DNA of 64,000 nt, from contig OX597818.1 of assembly GCA_951406725.2 (NCBI GenBank), positions 94,674,001 to 94,738,000 on the forward strand, written 5' to 3'. Source of the stretch: Octopus vulgaris. Its lineage: Eukaryota. Shown here one piece after another: positions 14,148 to 27,019 of the stretch. The notes under the pieces are model-generated. The model ran no database searches. It was not told the origin of the DNA and was given only the letters and a program-made list of their open reading frames with translations. The translations under genes were made by a program, and so were the position numbers. The stretch's first letter is position 1; every line of letters begins with the position of its first letter.

Positions 14148-14639
14148 TACTCTGTTTACTATTTCAGCCTCGCCTCGTTTTTGCATATTCTGTATAATTC
14201 ACTAGTTATCGTTATAGATATTTAAGATCTATCTCCCTTATAGAAATTGGCTGCCGATTCTTCGCGGGGTTTTTCTCTTCCCTTCTCTCCCCCTCTTTTT
14301 ACATTGTCGTCTGTCTGGACTCCTCTCTTCCTACCACTCACCATGGCTATGCATACTTAAGCTAGTAAACTGCCTCATTCTTGATTCCGAATTCCTTTTG
14401 CCAAGTCTGTCCGTAAACGAAGTGATCTCAAGATAAGAAATCTTTGAACTTTAATTCATCCGTATCTCTATTTATTATTATTATTTATTAATTATTATTA
14501 TTCTGATCCCCCTAGTCGCCACTCTGTTTACTATTTCAGCCTCGCCTCGTTTTTGCATATTCTGTATAATTCACTAGTTATCGTTATAGATATTTAAGAT
14601 CTATCTCCCTTATAGAAATTGGCTGCCGATTCTTCGCGG
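14148..14639. repeat. Unknown element with a 119-bp direct repeat (14148-14266 = 14521-14639)
   Basis: actctgtttactatttcagcc...ggctgccgattcttcgcgg occurs twice, 373 bp apart. Confidence 0.85.
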
Positions 14640-14714
14640 CGCGCCCGCCCTACCCACCCCCACCACCAATACCGGATATCTCTATTTTGCTCCAACTATA
14701 CCGGATGTCGTTTC

Positions 14715-15632
14715 TCCCACCACCATTATAGGTGTCTACTCTTTGAACCCCCTCTTCAATACGCTATTTCACCATGCATTACCCCTCTCTCGATATCCTA
14801 CGTTCTACTTGCCTAGAACCTGTCCTCTGAACCACCCCTCCCACTGGTGCTCACCCCTCCCACTGGTGCTCACCCCTCCCACTGGTGCTCATCCCTCCCA
14901 CTGGTGCTCCCCTATATTTCTGCACCCCCCCCACCACCATTATAGGTGTCTACTCTTTGAACCCCCCTCTTCAATACGCTATTTCACCATGCATTACCCC
15001 TCTCTCGATATCCTACGTTCTACTTGCCTAGAACCTGTCCTCTGAACCACCCCTCCCACTGGTGCTCCCCTATATTTCTGCACCCCCCCCACCACCATTA
15101 TAGGTGTCTACTTTTTGAACCCCCTCTTCAATACGCTATTCACCATGCATTACCCCTCTCTCGATATCCTACGTTCTACTTGCCTAGAACCTGTCCTCTG
15201 AACCACCCCTCCCACTGGTGCCCACCCCTCCCACTGGTGCCCACCCCTCCCACTGGTGCCCACCCCTCCCACTGGTGCCCACCCCTCCCACTGGTGCTCC
15301 CCTATATTTCTGCACCCCCCCACCACCATTATAGGTGTCTACTCTTTGAACCCCCTCTTCAATACGCTATTTCACCATGCATTACCCCTCTCTCGATATC
15401 CTACGTTCTACTTGCCTAGAACCTGTCCCCTGAACCACCCCTCCCACTGGTGCTCCCCTATATTTCTGCACCCCCCACCACCATTATAGGTGTCTACTCT
15501 TTGAACCCCCCTCTTCAATACGCTATTTCACCATGCATTACCCCTCTCTCGATATCCTACGTTCTACTTGACTAGTACCTGTCCTCTGAACCACCCCTCC
15601 CACTGGTGCTCCCCTATATTTCTGCACCCCCC
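14715..15632. repeat. Minisatellite: 5 x ~156-bp unit with a nested 19-bp subrepeat
   Basis: ccattataggtgtct starts at 14723, 14937, 15095, 15326 and 15481. The 19-mer cacccctcccactggtgc(t/c) occurs 4, 1, 5, 1 and 1 times per unit. Confidence 0.92.
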
Positions 15633-15884
15633 ATAAAAAGCACCATCCGAACGTGGCCGATGCCAGACCCCTCTGGCACCTGTGCAGGTGGCACGTAAAA
15701 AACACCCACTACACTCGCGGAGTGGTTGGCGTTAGGAAGGGCATCCAGCTGTAGAAACACTGCCAGACTAGACTGGAGCCTGGGGCAGTCCCGAGCTCCC
15801 CAGACCCCGGTCGAAACCGTCCAACCCGTGCTAGCGCGGAAAACGGACGTTAAACGATGATGATGATGATGATGATGATGATGA
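15633..15884 (+). mobile_element. RTE 3' UTR fragment with (GAT)n tail
   Basis: Reverse complement of about 34912-35140; ends ggacgttaaacgatgatgat... Confidence 0.9.
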
Positions 15885-15996
15885 TATATATATATACATG
15901 TATATATATGCATGTGTATATATATACACACATGTATACATATATACATCTATATATACACATGTATACATATATACACATGCATACATATATGCA

Positions 15997-16037
<41 letters not shown>

Positions 16038-16076
16038 GTGTATATATGTATACATGTATGTGTATACATGTGTGTG

Positions 16077-16110
<34 letters not shown>

Positions 16111-16194
16111 CACATGTATCTATATATCCATATAAATATGTGTGTGTATGTATATATGTATAAATAATATACCCACAGACATACATATACACAC

Positions 16195-16371
16195 CGCTAG
16201 CAACTACACATTCTTTATTATCTCTTCTTGTTTCTTTCCGTGTTCCTTTCTGTGGAAGAGCATAGGGTCGCAATGTTAAAGACTTTTTCACTTCCCGGGC
16301 GTTATACTAATACTTCTGTTTGTTGTCTACACCACCTGTCTTCGTCTCTTGTCTTTTTTGTGAATTCTCCT

Positions 16372-16372
<1 letters not shown>
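16195..16372 (+). mobile_element. Penelope-like terminal repeat fragment
   Basis: Similar to 22620-22785, which lies downstream of a GIY-YIG remnant. Confidence 0.55.
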
Positions 16373-16403
<31 letters not shown>

Positions 16404-16407
<4 letters not shown>

Positions 16408-17612
16408 CTGGCTTCATTTGGAGCCCCACTTTTCAGTGTGTTGGGTTTCTTTTCTGAACTATATTTGGTGAAGTAGCGAGTTGGATGGAGCTGCACTTCT
16501 TTGTGCCTCCTGCCACAATGTGTGTTCATCTCATATTTTTGATAGAAATTTGACACTCTTTGAAGATCTCCACATCTACACCTTGCTAATCTCATAGGTT
16601 GATTGGCAGCATATTGAATAGTTGTAGACCCTTGAGAGCCAAGTTGTTACAGTAATGGGTCCTTTTTAAGATGGAGAAAATAGGATCATTGGTACTATGC
16701 AGTGTCATCCAATTTGGTGATGAGTATGGCTTTCATTTCCAAAATTTGGAAGTAGTCCTTCCATGATCTTTCATATGTATATCATTGCATATCTTTCATG
16801 CCTTCTCTCTACGGATTTGAGTTTCAGTTCCTTTAGCCTCTCTCAGTAGCTCATCTGTTTCACCAAGTCACTCTTCCTTGAGTAGTGACACTGGATTGCC
16901 TCAAGTTCCACCACCAGTTTGATGCTCTGTGGTGGCCATAGTTGGGAGCAGAAAAAAAGTTCTCCATAGAAGCATCATTGTATCCTTCTTTGTGGTCTAA
17001 ATGTTCTCAGTATACAACCAACTACTTACCTCCACAGTATTGTCTTCTTGGTAATGTGCTCATGGAATGCTGCATCATTACTCATATGGATACCCTGGTC
17101 ACACACAGTCTCTTACTCTGTAATTGCACTACCCCTTGGTCCTGTGCATTCCAATTGTAGTGTGTTTTATAGGCTAATAGTAGAGTGCTTGAAACTTCTC
17201 TGCATTGTACTGCATGTTATTTTCATCTGCCCATTTGTATATTGCATGTATGTTGTTTTGCAAGTGACCATCTGTGATACTTTTGTATCATCAGAGTAGC
17301 TGGTAAGACTGAATGGCTGAGCACATGTCTGAGAGAGCCACCACAAACAGTAGTGGACCCAGTATAGTTCTTCGAGGGACTCTGCCACAAATTGTCTCCT
17401 CAGAGTGAACTCCATTGGATGCAACTGGGCAGAAATCACATTCTGTATTTGCAAGTTATTTTATTCCAGGAATGTGATCAGTCTCCATCTCACAATGCAT
17501 CCATGACTTGGCTATCATGTGCAGTCAGAGAGATTGGCCCGTAACTTTTAGCATCTGCTCTGCTTTCTCCTTTATGTTGATGTTATCAATGTTTGGCTCT
17601 TTTCCAAGGAAA
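16404..17612 (-). pseudogene. Decayed CR1-like LINE, related to 42149-45466
   Basis: Minus strand reads GPLLFVVALSDM and SYSDDTKVS, versus GPLLFIMALSDM and SYADDTKVS in the intact copy. Confidence 0.85.
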
Positions 17613-17623
17613 TCTGCAGTGCA

Positions 17624-17683
<60 letters not shown>

Positions 17684-17698
17684 CATACACATACAGGC

Positions 17699-17730
<32 letters not shown>

Positions 17731-18873
17731 CTCAAAAAGTTTGGTGTACAGGTAGGGGTTCATCAAGGCTCAGTCCTTAGTCTCCTCCTTTTCATCATTG
17801 TCCTCCAGGCCCTAACAGAGGAATTCAAGACCAGCATCCCCTGGGAACTACTATATGCTGATGATCTTGCCCTCACAGCAGATTCTATATCAGAGCTGGA
17901 AGGGAAATTCTAGGTGTGGAAACAAAACCTGGAATCTAAGGACCTTAAGGTTAATTAAGCAAAAACAAAAGTCTTAGTAAGCAAAAAAAAGTTACAGGAC
18001 CCTACTCGCTTCATGTAGGTGGCCCTGTTCGATTTGTAGGAAATGTGTAGGCAAGAACTCCACACAGTGTATAGAATAAAATGGAGGAAATTCAGAGAGC
18101 TGTAAACACTGTTGGCTACAAAAGGTTTCTCTCTGTAAGTGGAAGGAAGATTGTATGATGCTTGTATACAGAGAGCAATTCTACATGGTAGTGAGAAGTT
18201 AGCCCTGGATACACAGGACATGTGAAAGCTAGAAAGAAACAAGGCTAGTATGCTCCACTGGATATGTAATATAATTGTGCATGTTCGACAGAGTGCTAGT
18301 GCTCTGAGAGAGAAATTGGGTATGAGAGGAATTAGTTGTTATTTGCAAGAGAGAAGACCTCACTGGTTTGGTCGTGCAATGCAAATGGATGCTAACAGCT
18401 CTATAAAGAAGTACCAATCTCTCAAAGTAGATGGAACACATGGAAGTGGGAGACCTAGGTAAACATGGGATGACATGCTGAAGAAGAACCTCAGGACACT
18501 GAACCTTTCAGGCAAAATGACAAAGGGTCACACTGCCTGGTACCTAGATGTACCCAAGAAGACCTGTACTCTGCAGCAGAAGTGTTAAGACAGGTCCCTC
18601 TGGTGATGAGGATAGACCTGCAAGATTTCTATGCTGGTGCTACATAAAAAGCACCCATGCTATGCCATGTAAAGGCACATGTGCAGTGACACATAAAAGC
18701 CCCCATGCAGTACCATGCAAAAGCACTCAGCACACTCAGTAAAATGCTTGGTACTAGGAAAGGCATCCAGTCATAGAAACCATGCCGAATCAGACTGGAG
18801 GCGGGTGCAACTTATCAGCTCTGGTGAAACCATCCAATCCATGCCAGCATGGACATCAGACATTAAGTGATGA
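17731..18873 (+). pseudogene. Decayed 5'-truncated RTE LINE
   Basis: [33 protein letters not shown], and an RTE-type 3' UTR ending in gatgat. Confidence 0.88.
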
Positions 18874-18895
18874 TCACACACACACACACACACAC

Positions 18896-18934
<39 letters not shown>

Positions 18935-19094
18935 TTATATATGTACATATATACATGTCCAGGGACAGTCACAGTGTCTTAATATAACACACTCACCAGT
19001 TCCATTCCCACTCCTTTATTTATTTATTTATTTATTTATTCCAGAAAGACTTTTCATTACTGCATTTCTGACCTTTCCAATGGGTTTTTGTTTC

Positions 19095-19895
19095 AACACA
19101 CGAATTGAAGCACCACTGATGCTATATCCCTGGTATGGCAACTGCAGGAGAAATACCTAGCCAAAGATAAACCACTATACTTCGCTTTTGTGAACTTGGA
19201 GAAAGCCTTTGACAGGGTCCCCCAATCCTTATCTGAAGGTCGATGCAGAAACTGTGGATTGATGAATGGTTAATAAGGGCTGTACAGGCCTTATACAAAG
19301 ATGTTGTTAGTAAGGGTCGGGTTGGCAATGAGTCCCCTTTAATTCATCATAGTTCTCCAAGCAATAACAGGAATTCAAGACAGGTTGCTCCTAGGAGCTC
19401 CTCTATGCAGAATCACTACCAGAACTAGAGAAGATATTTCAGGTGTGGAAACAAGGTTTAGAATCGAAGTGTCTTAGAGTCAATGTTGCAAAGGCCAAAG
19501 TTCTAGTAAGTAGGAAGGCGAACACATCATACACCCCTTCAGGTAGGTGGCCCTACTCGTTCTGTAGAAAAGGTGTAGGTAGAAACTCCATAAGATGTAC
19601 CAAGTGTAAGCTATGGAGACATGAGAGGTGCAGCAACATCAAAGGAAGATTAACTGGGAAGATAGCTTTCATGTGCTGTAGATGCACAGGCGCAATAAAC
19701 ACCACAGATGCTCAGAAAACAGATTCCATCACATGCCAGGGGGAGAAACTAGAAGTAGTTGATAGCTTCCGCTACCTAGGTGACCAAGTCTGTAGTAGGG
19801 GTGGATATTCAGAAAGTGTTCTCACTAGAATAAGAATAGCCTGGGCAAAGTTCAGAAAGCTTCTACCCCTACTGGTGACAAAGGGCCGGCCTCTC
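19095..19895 (+). pseudogene. Decayed RTE LINE fragment including the PHD insert
   Basis: EKAFDRVP and KLWIDEWLIRAVQALY; ORF 19443..19943 contains the Cys-rich insert and EVVDSFRYLG. Confidence 0.88.
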
Positions 19896-19943
19896 GCTCA
19901 TATATATATATATATATGTATATGTATTTATATATATATATAA

Positions 19944-20340
19944 ATGGCAGAGGAACTCTTGAGAGTCAATGGCCATCCAATAAATGTCTTAAGGCTGTAT
20001 CATGCGCAGAGACATAGAAATAATCCGACTGAATACCCGATCTCACGGTTAAGCCATTGGGAGTGAAGGACTCCTAGCCTTTGTTAGGGCATCCTTCTAG
20101 GAGAAGGTAACTCAGGTAACTGGGATAACTCTGACATAAAACCTGCGGCTCAGTGGTTACCGATGATGTTGACTTGTTCTTCTTTTCGGATTATTGCTGC
20201 TGTTGCTTAGTGAGTGGGATTGACTCAGTGCACAGTCTTTCTTCACTTTAAAAAAAATCTTCTTGCACAGGCATTGCACAATAACAACATTGATTAAGCT
20301 TCGTGCAATGGCCATACTGGATAACGAGGGGGTAGCCACC
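19944..20340 (+). mobile_element. Unclassified ~400-bp insert between TA arrays, possibly RTE 5' UTR-derived
   Basis: Discrete block flanked by (TA)n. gggcatccttctaggagaaggtaactc resembles RTE 5' UTR motifs (recalled, not verified). Confidence 0.35.
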
Positions 20341-20447
20341 ATATATATATATATATATATATATATAGATATAGATATATATATATATACAAATGTGTAC
20401 ATATATATATGTATATAAATGTGTACATATATATATATGTTTATATG

Positions 20448-20478
<31 letters not shown>

Positions 20479-20494
20479 GTTTATATATATATAT

Positions 20495-20543
<49 letters not shown>

Positions 20544-20551
20544 TATGTGGA

Positions 20552-20737
20552 CATCATCATCATCATCATCATCGTTTAGTGTCCGTTTTCTATGCTAGCA
20601 TGGGTTGGACGGTTCAACTGGGGTCTGTGAAGCCGGTAAGGCTTCATCAGGCCTAGTCAGATCTGGCAGTGTTTCTACGGCTGGATGCCCTTCCTAATGC
20701 CAACCACTCCGTGAGTGTAGTGGGTGCTTTTTACGTG
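20552..20737 (-). mobile_element. RTE 3' UTR fragment with (GAT)n tail
   Basis: Matches 31743-31920. Confidence 0.9.
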
Positions 20738-20844
20738 ATACATATATAGTGTGTGCATGAGAATGGGGGCTGGTGATCTTGATGTGTGTGTGTGCGTCTG
20801 TAATGTGTAGGTGTGTCGATGACACTTTTTTTTATAACATAAAT

Positions 20845-21540
20845 AAAGAAATGGAATTAAATGCAGGTGTTATTCAAATCTTTATACTTCCAACATATGT
20901 TGGTATTATTCCTGTGGGAATAAAAATGATGTAAAACAATGTAATCATCTCATCAGGGAAAAAAGAGAAACAAAACACATCAATAAGCCATTTTAACTGA
21001 ATGTGATTACCATGTTTATGATGTTGTTTTTAAAGAACTATTAATAGATTTAATGTCAAAAGCAATTGAGAGAAAGAGGAGGAGAAAGAAAGAAATTAAC
21101 AGAAAATTAAGAGTGGAGAAATATAGTGCGATAGATAAGTGGAAATAAATCTTAAAGGCGTGTAAATAGATTTACGTAGGGGAAATGAAATGTAAGATGG
21201 TCAAAAGTCGAAATTTATAGATTGGTAGAAACTACTTATAGCAACTAAAGGTATGTTTTTGCCAATCTTTGCAAAGATAAATACGTTCTCTTTCTCTAAA
21301 TTGCCTTTGACATTAAATCTATTAATGGTTTTTTTTAAAAGATAAGTGTTCCCTTCATAATATACGCATTAGTCACATTAGGTTAAAATGGCTCATTAAT
21401 GTGTTTTATTTCTTTTTCCCTTACAAAGTGATTACCTTGTTTTACATCATTTCTTCCCTCAGAATAATACCAATGTTTTCATTGAAACGTATGTTGGAAA
21501 TATAAAGATTTGAATAGCATCTCTATTTAACATCATTTAT
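20845..21540. repeat. Diverged inverted repeat, arms ~20845-21080 and ~21287-21540
   Basis: tattcaaatctttatacttccaaca pairs with tgttggaaatataaagatttgaata; attaatagatttaatgtcaaa pairs with tttgacattaaatctattaat. Confidence 0.8.
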
Positions 21541-21563
21541 TAATCTCTCTCTCTCCCACTCTG

Positions 21564-21594
<31 letters not shown>

Positions 21595-21681
21595 GAATAT
21601 GTATTTATGTAAAACAATGTATCATCTCGTCAGGGACAAATGAGAAACAAGAAACATATAATATTTATATATATATGTGTT

Positions 21682-21713
<32 letters not shown>

Positions 21714-21810
21714 AATATGTGTATATATATGCATATATATATATATTATTTATATATAAATGTATATATGAATACATATTTATGTTATTTATAAATGTAT
21801 ATATATAGTA

Positions 21811-21871
<61 letters not shown>

Positions 21872-21875
<4 letters not shown>

Positions 21876-22781
21876 TGCACTTCTAGCAACGTCAATTACT
21901 GCGTCCTCTGGTCTTTCTGTCCTTATCTGTACATTGGTCAAATGGGATGTCGTCTACCTCACCGGTTCGCTGAGCACCTCCGGGGCATTAGACTCAGCAA
22001 TTACACCCTGGTCTCATGTCATTTCTGCTCTACTGGTGATTCATTACATCACCTGTTTGTGTTTGGATTGTCTTTGCCATGAACGGGAGTTAATCTTCTG
22101 TCGTTGCTCCTTTGCCCCATGTGCTCAACTCCCCACCCCTCTTCATCTGACTCTCCTCCTTTCCTCTTTTCATCTGACACGTACTTCCTCTCCTCACCCC
22201 TACCCACATTCTCCCTTCATTGATGCCCTTTCCTTCCACACGCCACCCCGACATCTTGCACTCCGACATAACCCACATCAATCTACACCTACACCCACTC
22301 CACCCCCACCATCTCACCGCATCCCACATCATCACATCCAAATCCACACCCCACCTTCACATCCCCAATCCCAACTGCGCCATACTACAACACCACATCA
22401 CACCACCACACACACTAGCACTGGCCAACTTACACAAGCACACATCCACATGTCAAAGACACCAGCTCCTATCTGCATGCACACACTTACTCTCATATAC
22501 ACACATGTATGCGCACCATCCTTTTGGAATCACCAGTACTTTATTATCTTCCCTTCTTCCTTGCTCTCCTGTCTAACTACCTTTGTCCAACTAGTTGCCA
22601 TGATTGACAGCTAACTCCACAAGTTCTTTTATTCTCTCTCTGTTTATTTCCTTGTATTCCTTTCTGTTGAAGAGCGTAGGCTCAAAACATAAAAGACTTT
22701 CTCACCTTCCAGAGCATCAGACTAATACACCTGCTTGTTGTTTATACACCTCTCTTCCTCTTTTGTTTTTCTGTACATTTC

Positions 22782-22785
<4 letters not shown>
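21872..22785 (+). mobile_element. 5'-truncated Penelope-like element (GIY-YIG remnant plus terminal repeat)
   Basis: KCTSSNVNYCVLWSFCPYLYIGQMGCRLPHRFAEHLRGI matches the Penelope GIY-YIG consensus CxSxNVIY..C..C...YIGQT.R....RF.EH. Confidence 0.8.
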
Positions 22786-22832
<47 letters not shown>

Positions 22833-22890
22833 CATATATATATGTATGTATATATATATATATATATATATGTATATACATATATATATG

Positions 22891-22956
<66 letters not shown>

Positions 22957-23169
22957 CATATATATATATGTATTTGTATATATATGTATATACATATATA
23001 TATATGTATTTGTATATATATGTATATACATATATATATATGTATTTGTATATATATATATATATATATATACATATATATATGTATGTGTGTGTATATA
23101 TATGTATACACACACATATATATATACATATATATATGTATGTGTGTGTATATATATGTATACACACAC

Positions 23170-23220
<51 letters not shown>

Positions 23221-23230
23221 CATACATATA

Positions 23231-26200
23231 CGTCTGTTTTCTTCATGAGGAACCGTTAACTCGACTAGATTTATAACTTTCCTTCTTTCACACCACATCA
23301 AAATGTCCGGTTTGTTTGTAACTGGGATGGGAAAGAATCCCTGGCACCCAGGTAAATCTGTAGTCACTTCTCAATAGCCGTTCCACTTTTCATTTCTTAC
23401 AGGAATTTTCTTGTTCTTCTTCTTGAAACGGATCCGCTAACCTGAGGGTACAATGACGAAATCTCTAGTTGGTACTTTCAACGGTTTTTTCTCAGTGTTG
23501 TTGAGATTAATTTGGTTCTTTATAACATAGAAAATAACCTCAAGGACCAAGTTGCCTCTCCATGTATACCTGTTCAATGCTAATGAACAGTTGGAAAGAA
23601 TATGTTTCAGTATTCCAACCTTTCCGCATTTGCACATGCCATTCTCTGAGATGTTCCATCTTACAAGATTCTTAGGTGATGGCAAAACATCATAGGATGA
23701 ACAGATCAGGAAACTTAGCCGAGATGTCGTTCACTTCCATATCTCATCCTAACTTATTTTCCTCTCAACAACATGTTCTTCCAATCTCGTCATCTGTCCT
23801 TGAATACATCGGATCAAATGAAGCTCTCTTCTCTCTGATTCTCTCGTTTTAACGCTGTTGCTAACAACAGATCTGCGTTCGCACTGCATCATACTCACAA
23901 ATGGTTTGAACTGATCTGTGCCAAAACCAAGTACTTTCCGATGGTTTTGCGTTGTACCCACCATATCTCTGTGTATAAGAGAAGACAAGATGTTATCAGC
24001 CTCTGCTTCTGCTTTCCACTTCCTGGCTGTTTTCACCTCTGGTGTGTTATACCTGATTTCCATGTCCTTCGATTCTCTCAGCATCAGTCCAGGGATGATT
24101 TGCCATGTATTTTATGATCAGATGATCCACATTATCACCATCATCACCATCCGTATCTTCCCCAGTCTATATATTTCAACTATTGATGCTAGTAGTAGCT
24201 GCAACGAACCTCTTTTACAATAAAGAGCTGAACTGTTCAACATCCGACGTAGGCCTAGCCAGTTTCTAATGAACACATTACATTTTTGTTCAATGATCTG
24301 AACTCGTGATAAGTCTACCTCATATATTAAAAGTGGCCACAAAAGTCACAGGTACAAGCCGAACTGCAAGCACCAAATTTTATAGTTAGCTGGTAACTTC
24401 GAGTTATCAATCACTGATAATCCAGCCTCAGCTTGTTTCATAATTTCTATCCCATGACTTCTGTCTGACAATGTTCCAGTGTATTCTCACCCCAAGCTCT
24501 TGATGGGAGTCTTCTTTGAGTGTTGGAATGCTTTCTTCAGCTATTCGAAGCATAAATTCTTTTTGCACCCCCTTAACAAATTTCAGACTACGCGACTTTT
24601 TTGCTCTAAACCGCATCCTTGACCACCTCACAAGTTCGTCTAGTGTCAAGGGGCATTCTGTATGATTTGTTTATCTGTAGCTAGAAGTATCACGTCATCC
24701 ATGAAGGCTTTCTTAGGTGATTGTACATGGGCAATTTGTTCGAAAAAATCCACAGCTTTCAAAATCATCTCCATGACTAAGATTAACTACCTCACAGATA
24801 TTGTACAGTCAGCAGCAATGCCAATCTCCAATCGGTGCCAATCTGTTGTAAAATCTCCAGCTGTAAACCTCATTTCAAAACTGTCATAGTACATCCTCCA
24901 CTTTGTCTGGAATGTGGAAGTGGTCCATGGCTTTTATCAGTAATTCGTGTGGCACTGAACCATATGCGTTAGCTAGGTCAAGCCATACCACGTTCAGACT
25001 TTTCTTGTTCTGTTTGGCATCCTGGATCGCTTTCCAAATTGAAAAACAGTATTCAACACATCCAGGGATCCCGGGGATTCCGGCCTTTTGAACAGATTCA
25101 TCAACATATCCATTATTCTGTAAATATGTCACGTTCTCCTCGAAAGAATTCCCATAAAGATCTTGCCTTCCACATTCAATAAGAATATCGGCCTAAACTG
25201 TTTTATAGTTTCTGCATTGGCCTCCTTCAGCAGTTGTATACCTTCTGCCTTACGCCAATCCTCTACTATAGTCTCCTCATGCTACAGCTGTTTGAATAGG
25301 ATGAAGAGCTTCTTTCGCAGACAATTGCAATATTTATAAACTTTATATGGGACGCCATCAACTCCTGGGGTACTTTTTGCTCTAGCTTTTCTTATGAAAT
25401 CATCCACCTCTCTCTCCCTGATGTCCTCAATCTGGAATTTGATATCAGGTTCTGAGAGATGATTTAGCGCATGTAGAGGTGGCAGTGACTGGTTACGGTG
25501 TGGATTTCTGTAAGTTTCTTTGATATGAGTGTCCAATTCTTCTTTCGTGCACGATGAAGAACCATTCTTCAGTTCAGTGAAAAGCTTCTTAGTAAACCCG
25601 TACGGGTCCTTCAGAAACTGCCTCCAGACCTTTTACTCTTCTTTCGATGCTCATATCGGCGGATATGACATTGCGCATAACGACATTTCCTTTTCAAATT
25701 GTTATACAGCAGCGTGAGGCCAGGTTTTTCATCTTCAGTAGCACATTTCCATCACTTTCTTAAACTGGTCTTTTCCTTCCTCAACTGCTTCATTTCCCTG
25801 ATCCTCCTGCTTGGTCCACACTTTCCTTTCGCTAATAAGATATTGCCTTTCATTCCTTTCCTGTATCGTAAATTTTCCCAGTTTCTCCACTGTAGAGCCT
25901 GTCATTTTATAAAGAGCTCAACATACCTTGTTTTCAAACTCTTTATATTTCCCTTTCTCATTAGCAGCTTGCTACAAAACCCTTAGTTTCCTCTGAGTAC
26001 TATCTGATGCACCAGTTTCATGACTTGCAGTTTTCTGATGGGAAGAGGTCTTTGCTGTAGCATTTATCGATCCGCTGTGGTTTGAGTCCAGGGATGATTT
26101 GCCACGTGTATTACGATCAGATGGTCCACACTGCTCTGTCTTCTTCTCACAAGTCTTTCCCTGATGTATCTTCAAGCCCCTCAAAGTTGCAAAGGTTCTA

Positions 26201-26930
26201 CAGCACAGCTTACATCCAAAGTTCTTTGCATTTCATTTGCTGTTCGAATTAATAGCTGTACTCGTGTCCAAGGTCATTTCTGTGCTGAGTTTGATTGATT
26301 CTCGACTCGCCCCTCTCAGTCAATCGTGGGACTGTCATTCTCATTCGTATCTGTTACAATATATTACAAAGGCGAGAAATGTAAGTTCGCAGCTTCTGCC
26401 AGTCTTTCCTGGTGTCAATAGTCTTTCCTATTATGCTCTCGTCTTTCCAAGTAGTCCTCTTTGTCAGTGGCTACGTACCACAAAGTCTTAGATGCCTTGC
26501 AAACAACTTGCACATGCAAGTGCTACCAGTCGAGAACTCCGCATACCAGAAGCCTGCGAGTGTATGGGGTCATCAGGAGAGAATGCACGCCTCGCTGATA
26601 TGAGGCCCCACTTGCTAGATCAACTGGTTATTAAATAAAACTCCCTACCTCTCGACAGCATCAATGTGCACTGGCCCCTCTCACTGATATGAGGCCCCGC
26701 TTGCTAGATCAACTGGTTATTAAATAAAGCTCCCTACCTCTTGACAGCATCAATGCGCACCAGCCACCCTCACTGATATGAGGCCCCACTTGCTAGATCA
26801 ACTAGCTATTAAATAAGGCTCCCTATTTCTCTAGTCATTGCTCATTGTCTCTTTTTAACCAAATCCAGCGGCTAGACTTTTCCACCATAGTTTGGATATC
26901 GGTCATGGTGGTATTGACTTTATGATGAGT
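23231..26930 (-). mobile_element. Decayed RLE-type non-LTR retrotransposon (HERO/NeSL-like)
   Basis: N-terminal zinc finger remnant (RGLKIHQGKTC); RT motifs PGVDGVPY, QKAGIPGIPGC, WLDLANAYGSVPH, AFMDD; CCHC knuckle CKCG...KHILSNC with RYTWR; nuclease PDILMW...[10 protein letters not shown]. Confidence 0.85.
26595..26832. repeat. 89-bp tandem repeat (~2.7 copies) in the presumed 5' UTR of the HERO-like element
   Basis: ctgatatgaggcccc starts at 26595, 26684 and 26773. Confidence 0.9.
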
Positions 26931-26942
26931 TATGCATATATA

Positions 26943-27015
26943 ACTTCTTTCAGTTTCCGTCTACCAACTCCACTCACAAAGCTTTGGTCAGCGCAAGGCT
27001 ATAGTAGAAGACACA
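26943..27015 (-). mobile_element. SINE fragment (46468-46864 family)
   Basis: Near-identical to 46715-46785. Confidence 0.75.
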
Positions 27016-27019
27016 CACA

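Noticed and set aside
14715-15632. CRISPR-like appearance of the repeat arrays (also 26595-26832)
   Set aside because: No unique spacers, no cas genes, eukaryotic context.
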